Origin: an uncultured Candidatus Saccharibacteria bacterium
Lineage (GTDB): Bacteria > Patescibacteriota > Dojkabacteria > CAZCSM01
Assembly (NCBI GenBank): GCA_964501355.1
Contig: CAZCSM010000003.1
Span: 1,660 to 65,659, forward strand
Reading direction: 5' to 3'
DNA length: 64,000 bases
A program made the translations under genes and the position numbers. Each line of letters opens with the position of its first letter. The stretch's first letter is position 1. The notes beneath the pieces were generated by a model. That model saw only the letters and a program-made list of their open reading frames with translations. It was not told the DNA's origin and did not search any database. Positions 29,376-39,978 of the stretch are shown here, in pieces.

Positions 29376-30812
29376 TTGAAAGAAGTAAAACTCGGCACTT
29401 ATAATAATAGACAAAGAGCGAGAGATCAGGAATTCTCGCAAAAAATCGAAAAAACAAAAGGACAATCAAAAAAGAAGTTTGCCCTTTTGTTTGTGTTTGG
29501 TTTAGCTTTTATCCTTGGTTCGCTGTACTTTCTATATGCGAGTTTCTTCAAAGACTTTCTTTACGGAAACGAATGTGTGGACGGCATTTGTACACAAGGT
29601 GGCGGATTATTCGGTTCTTTGGTTGAAGAACCAGAGCTTAGGAAAACCGGTAATCTTACAAACGCTTTACTGATAGGAATTGATACAAGAAAAGATCAAC
29701 CCGGACTTCTCAACACGGATACTATTATGGTCATTACGTATGATCATTCAAACGGTAATGTGTTTATGACATCTTTGCCACGTGATTTATACGTCAAGAT
29801 TCCTGCTATTCGTCCATATTCATCCAGGATTAATGCTGTTTATGCGCAAGGTGTGAATGATGCCGACCATGATACCGGTGTCGATTATCTTGTTCAGGTC
29901 GTAGAAGAGATAACAGGACTTAATATCCATTATCATGCCATGATTAATTACGACGGATTTCTGGAAGTAATTAATGAAGTTGGTGGTGTTGAGGTCTGTG
30001 TAGAAAATGAATTTTACGGTCAGTATCCAAAGGGAGAAGGGTGGGAGAATATTCATTTCGCAGAGGGATGTCAGGAAATGGATGGAGAAACTGCTCTAAA
30101 ATATGCGAGAACAAGATATTCTACAAATCCACTAGAGGCGTCTGATTTTGCTCGTGCAAGAAGACAGCAAAAGGTCATTATTGCAACGAAAGATAAGGTA
30201 ATGAAACTCGAAAATTTATTAAATCCACTGAAACTTTCCGAATTTATTCAAATTGCTGGGGATAATATTAAACTTTCTGAATATAATCAGGAAGATGTTC
30301 GCGCAGGAATTAAGGCTCTTCAATCCTTCGATAATTCAAAAATTACAAGTCTTGTTCTAGATCCGAGCATTGCCGGAGGAAATTTAATTCACGTCATCCC
30401 AAATAGCGATGCGTACCTTCTTGGTCCGACAACAGGAAGTTGGACGCAGGTTCATGACTTTGTTCAAACTGTTGTGAAATCGCCGGCATTGCTTCAAGAG
30501 AATGCAAAGATTTATGTTTACAATGGCGGTGCTTCGGTTGGCGCTGCCGGTGAATTGGTTGAGGATATCAAAGAGAATGTATTGCTTAGCGCTTGGGTTG
30601 GAGGGAATACGACAGCAAGAGATCATGTTGGTTTAAAGATTTATGACTTTTCCGGCGGCCAAGCTTCTGGTACAATTGCCGCTTTACAAACCTTGCTAGA
30701 TGATGAGCAGGTTATCACAGAAATTCCTGAAGGAATTGAAAACTGGTATGATGAAGATATTGTGATAATTGTCGGCGGAGAAGAGGTTGAGGAAGAGATT
30801 TTAGCTCCGTAA
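29376..30812 (+). CDS. LCP (LytR-CpsA-Psr) family glycopolymer transferase
   Basis: N.LLIGID, NTDTIMV, SLPRDLYV, RINA.Y, AL.YARTR, SDF.RA.RQQ.V. Confidence 0.92.
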   Translation: MKEVKLGTYNNRQRARDQEFSQKIEKTKGQSKKKFALLFVFGLAFILGSLYFLYASFFKDFLYGNECVDGICTQGGGLFGSLVEEPELRKTGNLTNALLIGIDTRKDQPGLLNTDTIMVITYDHSNGNVFMTSLPRDLYVKIPAIRPYSSRINAVYAQGVNDADHDTGVDYLVQVVEEITGLNIHYHAMINYDGFLEVINEVGGVEVCVENEFYGQYPKGEGWENIHFAEGCQEMDGETALKYARTRYSTNPLEASDFARARRQQKVIIATKDKVMKLENLLNPLKLSEFIQIAGDNIKLSEYNQEDVRAGIKALQSFDNSKITSLVLDPSIAGGNLIHVIPNSDAYLLGPTTGSWTQVHDFVQTVVKSPALLQENAKIYVYNGGASVGAAGELVEDIKENVLLSAWVGGNTTARDHVGLKIYDFSGGQASGTIAALQTLLDDEQVITEIPEGIENWYDEDIVIIVGGEEVEEEILAP

Positions 30813-30822
30813 ATCAATTGTA

Positions 30823-31338
30823 TTGAAAATAATGCTTACGTCTGACGAGGAAAAATATCTTTTAAAAATTCCCGAAGATAAGATTGCACATATCTATCCT
30901 TACGATTCAAAGGTTAAAACCGTTGTTGCATTTTTGAAATCAAAGTTAAAAGCTGCCGGGATAGAAAATGATTTTCTTTGGATTGGAGCTTCCGCTCTTG
31001 GAATCGCGGGTCAAAATGATATTGATTTTCATATTCTTTCAAGGTCTGATGAATGGCAATCTTTAGCACAAAAAGTTTCTTCCGTTTTTGGCGAGCGTGT
31101 AAAAGGAATATCAATCTTTAAGTGGGATTTGAAAATAGATGGCTTTGAGGTTGAACTTTATTTATCAGATCCGGAAAGTCGTGGGATGTCAGTTCAAATA
31201 GAAGTTTACAATATTTTGAAAAATAATAGGAAACTTTTGGAAGGGTATGAAAAATTGAAAATCGAATCTGATGGAATTTTGTTCCGTGAGTATATGAGAA
31301 AGAAATACGAATTCTTTCACAGGATACTAAAACGTTGA
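30823..31338 (+). CDS. GrpB-like nucleotidyltransferase family protein
   Basis: PYD, IGASAL.I.G..DID, Y..LK, Y...K.EF. Confidence 0.7.
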   Translation: MKIMLTSDEEKYLLKIPEDKIAHIYPYDSKVKTVVAFLKSKLKAAGIENDFLWIGASALGIAGQNDIDFHILSRSDEWQSLAQKVSSVFGERVKGISIFKWDLKIDGFEVELYLSDPESRGMSVQIEVYNILKNNRKLLEGYEKLKIESDGILFREYMRKKYEFFHRILKR

Positions 31339-31595
31339 AGTTGGGGGAAAAACAAAAAGTGGCATTCAAGAAATCGGCGGGTGCATTAATCATTTCCTTA
31401 CGAATCTGATTCTGCATTAGTCTTTAAAACCCACGGACTAACATTTAATTTCTAGAATACCAATATCAATATAACAGTGCATTGTTAACAAATTCTAAGC
31501 TTTTTACCAAACAATTGTTTTTCAGTATTTCTCTTCGTGCGAAATCTTCATTTGGGTGTTAATATGATTGAATAAGCAATTATCTCATATTACCT

Positions 31596-34124
31596 ATGAA
31601 CTACTGGAATACAAAATTATCTGAGCTAATAAAAGATTTTAACCATTTTGAAACGGGACTTGACCGAAAGGAATATAAGTCTCGTCTTGAGCAGTTCGGC
31701 TACAATGAAATTCGCGATATGGATTCTGCGAATGCTTTCAAAATTCTTCTTGCACAATTCTCCAATCCTTTGGTAATTATTCTCATTGGTGTAATTTTCA
31801 TTTCATTTATTGCAGAGGATCACACGAATGCGATTGTTATTCTCGTTATGCTTCTTGTTAATACAACAATTGGTTTTGTTCAAGAGTATCGTGCCCACAA
31901 GTCTCTAGAGAAACTTAAGAAATTAATCGTAATAAATGCCAAGGTTTATCGTGATGGAAAAATTGAAATTGTTAATAGTAGGGACATCGTTCCGGGAGAT
32001 GTTGTAATTTTGAATAAAGGAGACGTGGTTCCGGCAGATATTCGTCTAATTGAGACGAAGGGATTACTTGCCAATGAATCCGTTCTAACTGGTGAGTCGG
32101 CTGATGTTGAGAAAGATGAGAATGCACTTTTCGAAAATGCCAAACTTCCACAGGATATTAAGAATGGTGTTTTTCAGGGAACTTCTATTTCCTCCGGTTA
32201 TGGTAAAGGAATAGTCGTTGCAACTGCAACTTATACTTTTCTTGGTAAATCCGTTCGGCTTGGAGAAAAAGAACAGAAAAGTCATTTCTCACAAAAAATG
32301 GAATCTTTCACAAAGGTACTTTTTATGTTCGTGCTTGGGATTACGACTTTCTCCACTATTGTAAATGTGTATTTCGGCAGGAGTATTTTAGAATCATTGA
32401 TAATCGGAATTCTTCTTGCACTTGGAATAACACCGGAAACTATGCCGGTTATTGTTTCAATTTCGCTTTCTTATGCAGCATCTCGACTTTCGAAAAAGAA
32501 GGTATTAATTAAAAAACTTTCTGCATTTGAAGACCTGGGGAATATGGATATTTTGTGCTCTGATAAAACCGGAACGCTGACTTCTGCGAAGTTGGTTGTG
32601 CACAATTTTGTGGATACTTCATTCAAGAGAGATTCTGACATTTTGAGATATTCTTTAATTTGTAATGCATCAAATCCTTCTACAAACGGTTTAATCTTAC
32701 AAAATTCTATTGATGAAACCATTTGGGAAGATGATCATTCACAATCTCTGAAAAATGATTTGGATAAAATCACAGTCACAAAGGCTTGGGATTTCAGCTT
32801 CGAAAACAGAATGATGGGGGTTTTAATTAATCATGCTGTGGAGAAGACCCTTGTTATCAAAGGTGCACCGGATCAAGTTATGCAAAGATGTTCCGCTTGT
32901 GAAAATAAAGATATGGTTTTAGAAAATATTCAAAAATACGAGCAGCGCGGATATCGGATTATTGCCATTGCGACGAAACATGTTGAGCGCGAACTTCATC
33001 GTGATGATTTGACTACAATTAATGACTTAACACTAGCAGGCTTCGTTCTTCTCGAAGATCCTCCTCGCTCTAATGTTATCGCTCAAGTGAAGAAACTTTC
33101 TAACCTTGGGGTGCAACTGAAAATAATTACCGGAGATAGTCTTGCTGTTACGAAAGAGCTTTGTGAAAAAGTGAATCTCGGAGTTACTGACGAACAGATA
33201 ATCTCCGGAGAAGATCTGGAAACTTTAGAGCATTCGGATAAATCTGCTTATGAAGAAAAAGTTAAAACAGGAATAATTTTTGCTCGAGTTTCTCCTGAGC
33301 AGAAGAAACAAATTATTGAATTTCTTCGAGAATCCGGTCATGTGGTTGGTTACATGGGGGATGGGATTAATGATGTCGGAGCCTTGCGATCTGCGGACAT
33401 TGGAATTGCAGTTGATACCGCGACTGATGTTGCGAAGGATAGCTCCGATATTATTCTTATGGCTCGAAATCTGGATGCTGTTGCAACTGCTATTACCGAA
33501 GGTCGAAAGGTTTTTGTAAACACAATGAAATTCATTTTCAGTACAATGAGTTCGAGTTTCGGGAATGTAATTACTATTACATTTGCCTCGCTATTTCTCC
33601 CATTTCTCCCGCTTCTTCCTGTTCAACTTTTGCTTTTGGATTTCTTAAGCGATTTTCAACACTTGGCGATTTCAACGGATAATGTAGATAATGTTTTATT
33701 ACGAAAACCGAAGAGTTGGGATATGAGAATTTTCGTGAAGTATTCAATTCTTTGGGGAATTGTAAGTACTTTTTTTGATGTTTTTCACATTCTCGTTATT
33801 TTAGCAATTACTGATTCTCCTGCACTCTTTCGAACCACATGGATTTTCGAATCGATTTCAACGGAAATATTGGCAACGATGGCGCTTCGTACTCCAAAAC
33901 TTCTCATCAAGAGCAAGCCAAGCCGTTTGCTTTTAATATTCTCTGCGGTTCCAGTTATTATCTTTATCGTTCTATCGTACACTTCTTACTTCGATAAATG
34001 GTTTGAAGTTGTGCCGATGAATGCATTAATCATGCTGGTTATTTCCGGAATCGTGGCGATTTATGTAGTTGGACTGGAACTTGTGAAGAAATCGTATTAT
34101 CGAGAGTTTTGGGGAGTGGGGTAA
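31596..34124 (+). CDS. P-type cation ATPase, MgtA-like
   Basis: LTGES, TPETMP, DKTGTLT, KGAP, TGD, GDGIND, LAISTDNVD. Confidence 0.9.
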   Translation: MNYWNTKLSELIKDFNHFETGLDRKEYKSRLEQFGYNEIRDMDSANAFKILLAQFSNPLVIILIGVIFISFIAEDHTNAIVILVMLLVNTTIGFVQEYRAHKSLEKLKKLIVINAKVYRDGKIEIVNSRDIVPGDVVILNKGDVVPADIRLIETKGLLANESVLTGESADVEKDENALFENAKLPQDIKNGVFQGTSISSGYGKGIVVATATYTFLGKSVRLGEKEQKSHFSQKMESFTKVLFMFVLGITTFSTIVNVYFGRSILESLIIGILLALGITPETMPVIVSISLSYAASRLSKKKVLIKKLSAFEDLGNMDILCSDKTGTLTSAKLVVHNFVDTSFKRDSDILRYSLICNASNPSTNGLILQNSIDETIWEDDHSQSLKNDLDKITVTKAWDFSFENRMMGVLINHAVEKTLVIKGAPDQVMQRCSACENKDMVLENIQKYEQRGYRIIAIATKHVERELHRDDLTTINDLTLAGFVLLEDPPRSNVIAQVKKLSNLGVQLKIITGDSLAVTKELCEKVNLGVTDEQIISGEDLETLEHSDKSAYEEKVKTGIIFARVSPEQKKQIIEFLRESGHVVGYMGDGINDVGALRSADIGIAVDTATDVAKDSSDIILMARNLDAVATAITEGRKVFVNTMKFIFSTMSSSFGNVITITFASLFLPFLPLLPVQLLLLDFLSDFQHLAISTDNVDNVLLRKPKSWDMRIFVKYSILWGIVSTFFDVFHILVILAITDSPALFRTTWIFESISTEILATMALRTPKLLIKSKPSRLLLIFSAVPVIIFIVLSYTSYFDKWFEVVPMNALIMLVISGIVAIYVVGLELVKKSYYREFWGVG

Positions 34125-34606
34125 AGAAAGTTTTCCCATTCCGCCCTCAACTTCTTTGGTAATCTTTCACTTTGCCAATCATACCACTTTTCCTTAAGAC
34201 TTTTGGGAATCGTTTGGTTCTGCCATTTGAATTCATTTGCAATCTTTTCCTCAGGATTTTCTAAATTAGATTCTGCGATTTTTAACGAATAATATGCTGC
34301 ACCGAATGCGTGTTCGGGTACGTGTGCTGTGGCAACGGCTTGGCCCGCTGCTCGTGCTGCAAAACAAGCATTATCATTTCCATCTTCTTTCGCTTTTCGT
34401 GCTGCTGCATGGGAATCCAGAGATGCACTTCGAATAACAGGCATTTTGAATTCACCTGTTTTAGTCCACTTGCCCAGGGTTTCTAGAGCAATTCCCGGTC
34501 GATCATCTTCCGGATACTTTTCCTCAAAAATTGGAAGAATTCGACTCGCACATTTTAGTGCCCAAACTGCTAATAACTTTTGTTCCTGCCTATCAAATTT
34601 CGTCAT
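34097..34606 (-). CDS. Imm5-like helical protein
   Basis: LA.WA..CA..IL..FE...P.DDRP..A, SHAAAR, AARAAGQAVATAHV..HA.GAA.Y. Confidence 0.75.
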   Translation of the reverse strand: MTKFDRQEQKLLAVWALKCASRILPIFEEKYPEDDRPGIALETLGKWTKTGEFKMPVIRSASLDSHAAARKAKEDGNDNACFAARAAGQAVATAHVPEHAFGAAYYSLKIAESNLENPEEKIANEFKWQNQTIPKSLKEKWYDWQSERLPKKLRAEWENFLYPTPQNSR

Positions 34607-34733
34607 TTGAGGTTCAGTGTTAGTATGAGAAAATAAATGTATAAGTTGTGATACATATTACTAATTTTATAAACATTTTTGTTCATATTTTGAACGAGTT
34701 TTAAAGTTAGTTTGTTGTATAAATATTCTTCCC

Positions 34734-34870
34734 ATACTTTTGTGACCAAAAGTATGCAAAAGTCTTGGGGTGAATAAGTGCCCTCCAAGCACGAACTAAT
34801 TACAAATAGCAACCGGCATCATTCACCCCAAACCCCAGGTTAAAACAATCATTATTTACTACCAACCAGA
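34734..34870. repeat. Structured ~140-bp repeat family, copy A (divergent)
   Basis: ATACTTTT-N5-CAAAAGTAT-GCAAAAGTC; stem TTGGGGTGAAT/ATTCACCCCAA. Confidence 0.6.
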
Positions 34871-35008
34871 AAATACACAAATGTAGACCTGTATTTTAAT
34901 GTGCTTACTTTCGTAACATGTATACAATCAGAACAATATATTTCAAATCAATCAACAGATATAGTATAATTCGATTGGTGTCAGAATGTCAGTTATTAAT
35001 TTAGTCAG

Positions 35009-35383
35009 ATGTCAGTTATGTCAGATCAAGGCACGTATTCCGCGCACTTCGTTTCAGGAGTGCTCAAGTTCGACTTCAAGGTCGCCGGTTTTCCGGATCT
35101 CCTCAAAGTTGCTCAGGACTGGGCAAAGGATGAAAATTTCTACGAATTACAAGTACGTTCTGTTTCCGATAAAAATTTCGGATTGCAGTTCAACTATTAT
35201 GCCGAAGGAACAAAGATTGGATGGTTTGGTGATAATTATATCAAGCCATTACTGAAGAAATTTCCTTCTTATGCAGTTGATGTTGCTTACGAAGGTAGAA
35301 CCGGTGAACATGCAAAAGGAGAAGTTTTGGAAGGGGTTATAGTTAGCAAGGCTCTTCCGATTAAAAATAACTTCAAGCATTAG
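35009..35383 (+). CDS. Hypothetical protein, paralog of 13596..13937
   Basis: Shared motif pattern; followed by a hairpin at about 35398-35428. Confidence 0.7.
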   Translation: MSVMSDQGTYSAHFVSGVLKFDFKVAGFPDLLKVAQDWAKDENFYELQVRSVSDKNFGLQFNYYAEGTKIGWFGDNYIKPLLKKFPSYAVDVAYEGRTGEHAKGEVLEGVIVSKALPIKNNFKH

Positions 35384-35447
35384 GAAAAAATAAAATACAT
35401 ATGGTGATTCTGACACCCACCATATGCATTAGTTTTGACTTTTTGTT

Positions 35448-35840
35448 TTATTCTTCTTTATGGAGCCACTTCAATGCTTCTTCACGTGTTTCGAAAAGTT
35501 CTACCGCCCAGTTTTCTTCCGCTGCAACATCTTTATAAAAAATAACTTTCTCCTGAGCCTGAGGATCCATTTGTTTCGGGAGAATGACCGCGATTCGCGA
35601 AACTTGGCGATATTGCGGTTCCTGTTTATATGATGCTGTCTGACGAAAAGCATCTGCGAATGAGGCTTGCAGGTTGCAGTTACTTAGGTCAACAAGGAAT
35701 TTGAAGCAGTTATTCTTTAATGATAACTCTGTGGATTTGTCCGAGGTGGAAGATAATGTTTCTGTTGTTACAGTTCCTCTGCATATGGTCTCTATTATGT
35801 TGAGGTCTTTATCATAAGATACTACGTATTCCTCTTGCAT
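35448..35840 (-). CDS. STAS/SpoIIAA-like small protein
   Basis: G.VT, L.DL, RIAVI, F...EEAL.WL pattern. Confidence 0.6.
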   Translation of the reverse strand: MQEEYVVSYDKDLNIIETICRGTVTTETLSSTSDKSTELSLKNNCFKFLVDLSNCNLQASFADAFRQTASYKQEPQYRQVSRIAVILPKQMDPQAQEKVIFYKDVAAEENWAVELFETREEALKWLHKEE

Positions 35841-35925
35841 AGATTCTTTATTAAAGTAGTTATTAATATTTATACTAGAGAAATGTGAGATTGTTGTAAA
35901 GTTGGGGCTTTAGATGAAAATCAAA

Positions 35926-36015
35926 TGGCGGAGAGGACAGGATTTGAACCTGCGGTAGCGGTTATGCTACACAGTCTTTCCAGGACTGCCAATTAAGCCA
36001 CTCTTGCACCTCTCC
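35926..36015 (-). tRNA. tRNA-Ser(GGA)
   Basis: GGAGAGG acceptor stem, anticodon arm CAGTC-CTGGAAA-GACTG, long variable arm, GGTTCAAATCC, encoded CCA. Confidence 0.97.
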
Positions 36016-36062
36016 ATTTTGAAGCGAACCAATTATAGCGTATTTATTAAGGATTCGAAAGA

Positions 36063-36611
36063 TTATTCCTCTACAGGCACAAACTTGAATTCGTCCATGA
36101 CATAGGCAGCATATGTACCTTCATCCTTCGTGAAGGATATTTGATTAGATCCTTCATTTAGTGGGATATCGCCAATCTTATACCATTTCCATCCCTTTGT
36201 GTCTTCCGAGATGTGATTGTACTTTTTCGTATTCGAATTATTTGTCACAATAGTAACACTTCTTGCGCCGTTTTCATGCACACCGTCGTCACTTAGCTTA
36301 ACCCACAATGTATATGTTCCCATTGTTGGAGAGCTGAACTCATATACCGCAGAAGCACTCTCATCTCCAAGATATGCTTCCAATCCCCGTGCTGATTCCG
36401 CAATGTAGGAATACGTTCCACCATTTACCAAAGTTCCTTCTCCGCCTTCAACGTAAATCGTTCCGGCAGGATCAGTCGTTTCTTGCGTTGTCTCATCTTG
36501 AGAACTTTCGCCATTTTCATTCGTTCTTCTCTGATTCATTAAAATGATAGCAATAGAAACACCAACGACGACCATAATAATCGGAATAAAGAACCATAAC
36601 TTCATTTTCAT
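36063..36611 (-). CDS. Membrane-anchored protein with a carbohydrate-binding-module-like beta-sandwich
   Basis: N-terminal TM; E.E, G.Y.LWV, W.W, L..G.N.I, D.F.F pattern. Confidence 0.6.
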   Translation of the reverse strand: MKMKLWFFIPIIMVVVGVSIAIILMNQRRTNENGESSQDETTQETTDPAGTIYVEGGEGTLVNGGTYSYIAESARGLEAYLGDESASAVYEFSSPTMGTYTLWVKLSDDGVHENGARSVTIVTNNSNTKKYNHISEDTKGWKWYKIGDIPLNEGSNQISFTKDEGTYAAYVMDEFKFVPVEE

Positions 36612-36818
36612 CTTTTACAAAAACTTAACTATTTATAATAAATAGTTGCAAATATGTTTGGTATAGTCAATAGCTGTTATTCGCAGCTTCTTGTTACTGC
36701 TATTACAATCTTTTCTTCCAATAGCGAGAGAGTCAATCACAAGGATATTATCCTTTGAAAACGTAATAACTAATTGATAATATCGTTTTAGTTAGTAGCT
36801 TAATTTATTCATAAATAA

Positions 36819-37445
36819 ATGAAAAAGAATTCGATACTTTTAGTCGCAATGGGAATCCTTGCTTTTGTTGCTGTTGCAATTGTGGCAGCACGAGTTCTGA
36901 CTCCTGAAGATACATGGCTTTGTGACAATGGTGCTTGGGTAAAGCATGGAAACCCTTCTGATCCTGCTCCAACAACTGGGTGTGGTGATGATGCTGTTGA
37001 GTCCGAGGTCTCGAATTTTGAAGAATGTGTGGCAGCGGGCAATCCTGTGATGGAGAGTTATCCGAGACAGTGTGCAAGTAATGGTGAAACATACGTTGAA
37101 AATATCGGAAATGAACTTGCAATGATTGATCAAATCATCGTTAATTATCCTCGTCCTAATAACGAAGTTGAAGAGAGTTTCCTTTTATCCGGTGAGGCTA
37201 GGGGAACCTGGTTTTTTGAAGCAGAGTTTCCTGTTAAGCTTCTGGATGAAGATGGGAATGTATTATTCTCAGGTCCTGTTATGACGGATATGGATTGGAT
37301 GACGGAAAGCTTCGTTCCTTTTCAAACTGAAATTGTTTTCAATAGACCGGCTTCAGAAAAGGGAACTTTGATTTTAGAGAAGGCGAATCCTTCCGGTCTT
37401 GAGGAAAATGCGGCACAATTGGAAGTTCCAGTGGTGTTTAAGTAA
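36819..37445 (+). CDS. Gmad2 immunoglobulin-like domain protein
   Basis: W.KHG.P, FEECVAAGNPVMESYPRQC, GEARG.WFFEA.FPV, WMT..FVPF, LEK.NPSGL. Confidence 0.8.
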   Translation: MKKNSILLVAMGILAFVAVAIVAARVLTPEDTWLCDNGAWVKHGNPSDPAPTTGCGDDAVESEVSNFEECVAAGNPVMESYPRQCASNGETYVENIGNELAMIDQIIVNYPRPNNEVEESFLLSGEARGTWFFEAEFPVKLLDEDGNVLFSGPVMTDMDWMTESFVPFQTEIVFNRPASEKGTLILEKANPSGLEENAAQLEVPVVFK

Positions 37446-37593
37446 GTTCAAAAATCAAATACTTCGACAGGCTCAGTACAGGTGGAGGATCAGACACATT
37501 ATAGTCACTAACTATAAATGAAGTCGGTAGATATGTTTTTAGTGTTGTGTTTTGTTAACAAAAGTTTTTAATTTGAGGCTAGTAAATAGTTAT

Positions 37594-37777
37594 GTTCCTT
37601 TTGACACCAAATAACCCCCTTTGTTGCTTCGCAACATTTCCCCCTTATCAGGGGGAATCTACCAAAAGTGCCGAAACAACAGAACGTCCTCCAATCACGA
37701 CCTAAAAACAGGTTGCAACCGACATCTGTCGTTTCGGACTTCAACGAGTAACCGACCATCTACAGATAACAAAGGGG
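37594..37777. repeat. Structured repeat family, copy B, interrupted by a nested hairpin element (37613-37659)
   Basis: ACCAAAAGTG-CCGAAACAAC...GTCGTTTCGG-ACTTCAACGA...CAGATAACAAAGGGG. Confidence 0.7.
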
Positions 37778-37901
37778 TAAACAAAATAGTTCAGAACAAA
37801 AAGCTTTCTTTCATCAGATTCTATATTCTTGATAGTAAAGAAGTCTCGTGTCTGATTCTCCCTCCGGAGAATGACACGAGACTTTTGATCTTTCAACCTG
37901 T

Positions 37902-38660
37902 TTACTCCGGCCTCAATGTTCCTGCAAATACCTGCCATGCAAGGGCTGATTTTGCAAGTAAACTTAGCAGAATATACATGAATTCTCCGAATAGATAATT
38001 CTTCCACTTTCCTTTCTTTTTGTACTGCATATACATATTCAGTGAGAAAGTATTAAAGAATAGGAATATTGAGAAGAATATCCAATAAACGAAATCGGGT
38101 GCTTTATATTCCCCTTCGCCTGACCCAAAAAGATGGAGTGCAATTACAACCCATGGAACCGCTCCGGCAAAACAACCTACTGCATAAGAAATCCAGTTCG
38201 TTTTCATTTTGCCCTGATTCCAAACTTCCATCATCAATCCGCAAAGAATCATAATTGCATTTATTGAGAACATTAAGACAATGGTTGAAAGGTCATAAAC
38301 GCCAGTCAGCATAGCAATAAGAACAATCATAATTGATGAGCTAAATGCATATTCGTACCATCTTGCTAAATTCATTCCTTTCTTCAAATTCTTTTCATAC
38401 CAATTGAATGCCGGCCCTGCAATTATCAAATGTGCGAATGCGGAAATTAATAAGAAAGATGCAACAAAAGGTCCGAATTTTAAATCAAACACGGTTTCAG
38501 TTTGCGGCACTAATTTCTGTGTTGCGACATCAAATTGTAAATAGTTTGTATTTACTGGAAGTGAGAAATCATTACTTAGGAAAAACATTAATATACCTTG
38601 CACTGCGTGGAAAAGGCCCATGACGAGATTGTAAATCCTGAGCTTTTTGAAATCGTTCAT
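37902..38660 (-). CDS. Heliorhodopsin
   Basis: L...N..MG.FH..QG, SA.AH, N..RW.EYA.SSS.M, retinal-binding YI.LSL.AKS.LAWQ.F.GTL. Confidence 0.93.
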   Translation of the reverse strand: MNDFKKLRIYNLVMGLFHAVQGILMFFLSNDFSLPVNTNYLQFDVATQKLVPQTETVFDLKFGPFVASFLLISAFAHLIIAGPAFNWYEKNLKKGMNLARWYEYAFSSSIMIVLIAMLTGVYDLSTIVLMFSINAIMILCGLMMEVWNQGKMKTNWISYAVGCFAGAVPWVVIALHLFGSGEGEYKAPDFVYWIFFSIFLFFNTFSLNMYMQYKKKGKWKNYLFGEFMYILLSLLAKSALAWQVFAGTLRPE

Positions 38661-38741
38661 TTTGATTTACTATAAAATAATTCTAATATTATTCAATATA
38701 TACTATCATGAAGAAAAGTTGAATAGTTTAATGAAACAGAA

Positions 38742-39548
38742 ATGAGCCATAACCAAAAGGTTTCAATAATAATTATTACATATAATCAGAAAGCATTTCT
38801 GGAAAAAAGCCTCCCGATTGTTTTTTCTCAAGATTATTCTGATTATGAAGTCGTCGTCGTCGATTCTGGTTCAACAGATGGAAGTTTCGAACTTTATAAA
38901 AAATATCCGATTAAGGTTGTTAAATATATTGGTTCTGTGGGGAGAAATTTCAATTATGCAACAGCCTTCAACCTGGCGGTTGGTAATTCTACGGGTGATA
39001 TCTATGTTCGATTAAGTGGTGATGTGATTCCCGTAGGTGATAATTGGCTGGAAGAACTTATTACTCCATTTCAGGATTCCGGTGTTGCAGGAGTTTATTC
39101 TCATCAAGTCCACAATAAGGATTCTGACCTACATCATAAACTTTTATCTTTCTTCATTTTTTCTCCTTACCGTGAGCATTTTGCAAAGCTTGCCCCTGGT
39201 TTAATGTTTTGGGGAGCATCTGCAGCAATCCGTAAATCTTGTTATGAGGAAGTCCCTTTTTCCGAAAAGCAAAGACGTGGTGAAGATTCCTTGTGGAGTA
39301 TAGAAATGGCTAAGCGTGGCTACAAAACATTTTACGCGTCGAAATCCCAAGTCATACATAATCATCATAAGGAGGATTCTGAAACGGTTGTCGCAATAGC
39401 AGGCTCTTTAAAACGTTTTTTGCAAATGTATCCTTCCTATGCGGTCGGGATGTTATTCAAGAATTTGGCAAAAGAGGCAATTGATTTCAAGAGAGGTTAT
39501 CTTAATGCTTTTAATGAAAACTTTATAGTGAAGAAAAATGAAAACTAA
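38742..39548 (+). CDS. Glycosyltransferase family 2
   Basis: VSIII.TYN, VVVDSGSTDGS, GED, H.H. Confidence 0.9.
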   Translation: MSHNQKVSIIIITYNQKAFLEKSLPIVFSQDYSDYEVVVVDSGSTDGSFELYKKYPIKVVKYIGSVGRNFNYATAFNLAVGNSTGDIYVRLSGDVIPVGDNWLEELITPFQDSGVAGVYSHQVHNKDSDLHHKLLSFFIFSPYREHFAKLAPGLMFWGASAAIRKSCYEEVPFSEKQRRGEDSLWSIEMAKRGYKTFYASKSQVIHNHHKEDSETVVAIAGSLKRFLQMYPSYAVGMLFKNLAKEAIDFKRGYLNAFNENFIVKKNEN

Positions 39549-39951
39549 ACTTATCGCACCATGTGGAATTAATTGCGCATTATGTATGGCGTTACGACGA
39601 GAAAAGAATCCTTGCCGAGGATGTTTGATAGACACAGGTGAAAAGCTGACGCACATTCGAACTTGCAGAATAAAGTTTTGCGAAAATATGAATAAATCCG
39701 GTCGTAAGTTCTGTTCCAAATGCTCAAAATTTCCCTGTGCGAGAATTAGGCATCTGGATAAAAGATACCGTTCAAAATATCATTTAAGTGTTATTGAAAA
39801 TTTACAAAATATTGAAAAATTAGGTTTACGGGAATTTGTGAAGCAACAAGAAAAAGAATGGACCTGTCCTAAGTGCAGGAAAGATTTAATTTGCTGTCAT
39901 CATGGGGATTGTTTTGGTTGTGGATTTGTTAAATATGGAAAAAAAGAATAA
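39538..39951 (+). CDS. DUF3795-like Cys-rich protein
   Basis: IAPCGINC..C, C.GC, C.I..C, FC..C..FPC, W.CP.C. Confidence 0.8.
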   Translation: MKTKLIAPCGINCALCMALRREKNPCRGCLIDTGEKLTHIRTCRIKFCENMNKSGRKFCSKCSKFPCARIRHLDKRYRSKYHLSVIENLQNIEKLGLREFVKQQEKEWTCPKCRKDLICCHHGDCFGCGFVKYGKKE

Positions 39952-39978
39952 ATAATATTTAATTTTAAGAATAATCTC

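Noticed and set aside
35926-36015. tRNA-Ser as an island integration site
   Set aside because: No duplicated tRNA 3' end or integrase seen in the window.
37568-38007. Overlapping short ORFs downstream of heliorhodopsin
   Set aside because: They coincide with nested repeat elements and have no protein-like features.
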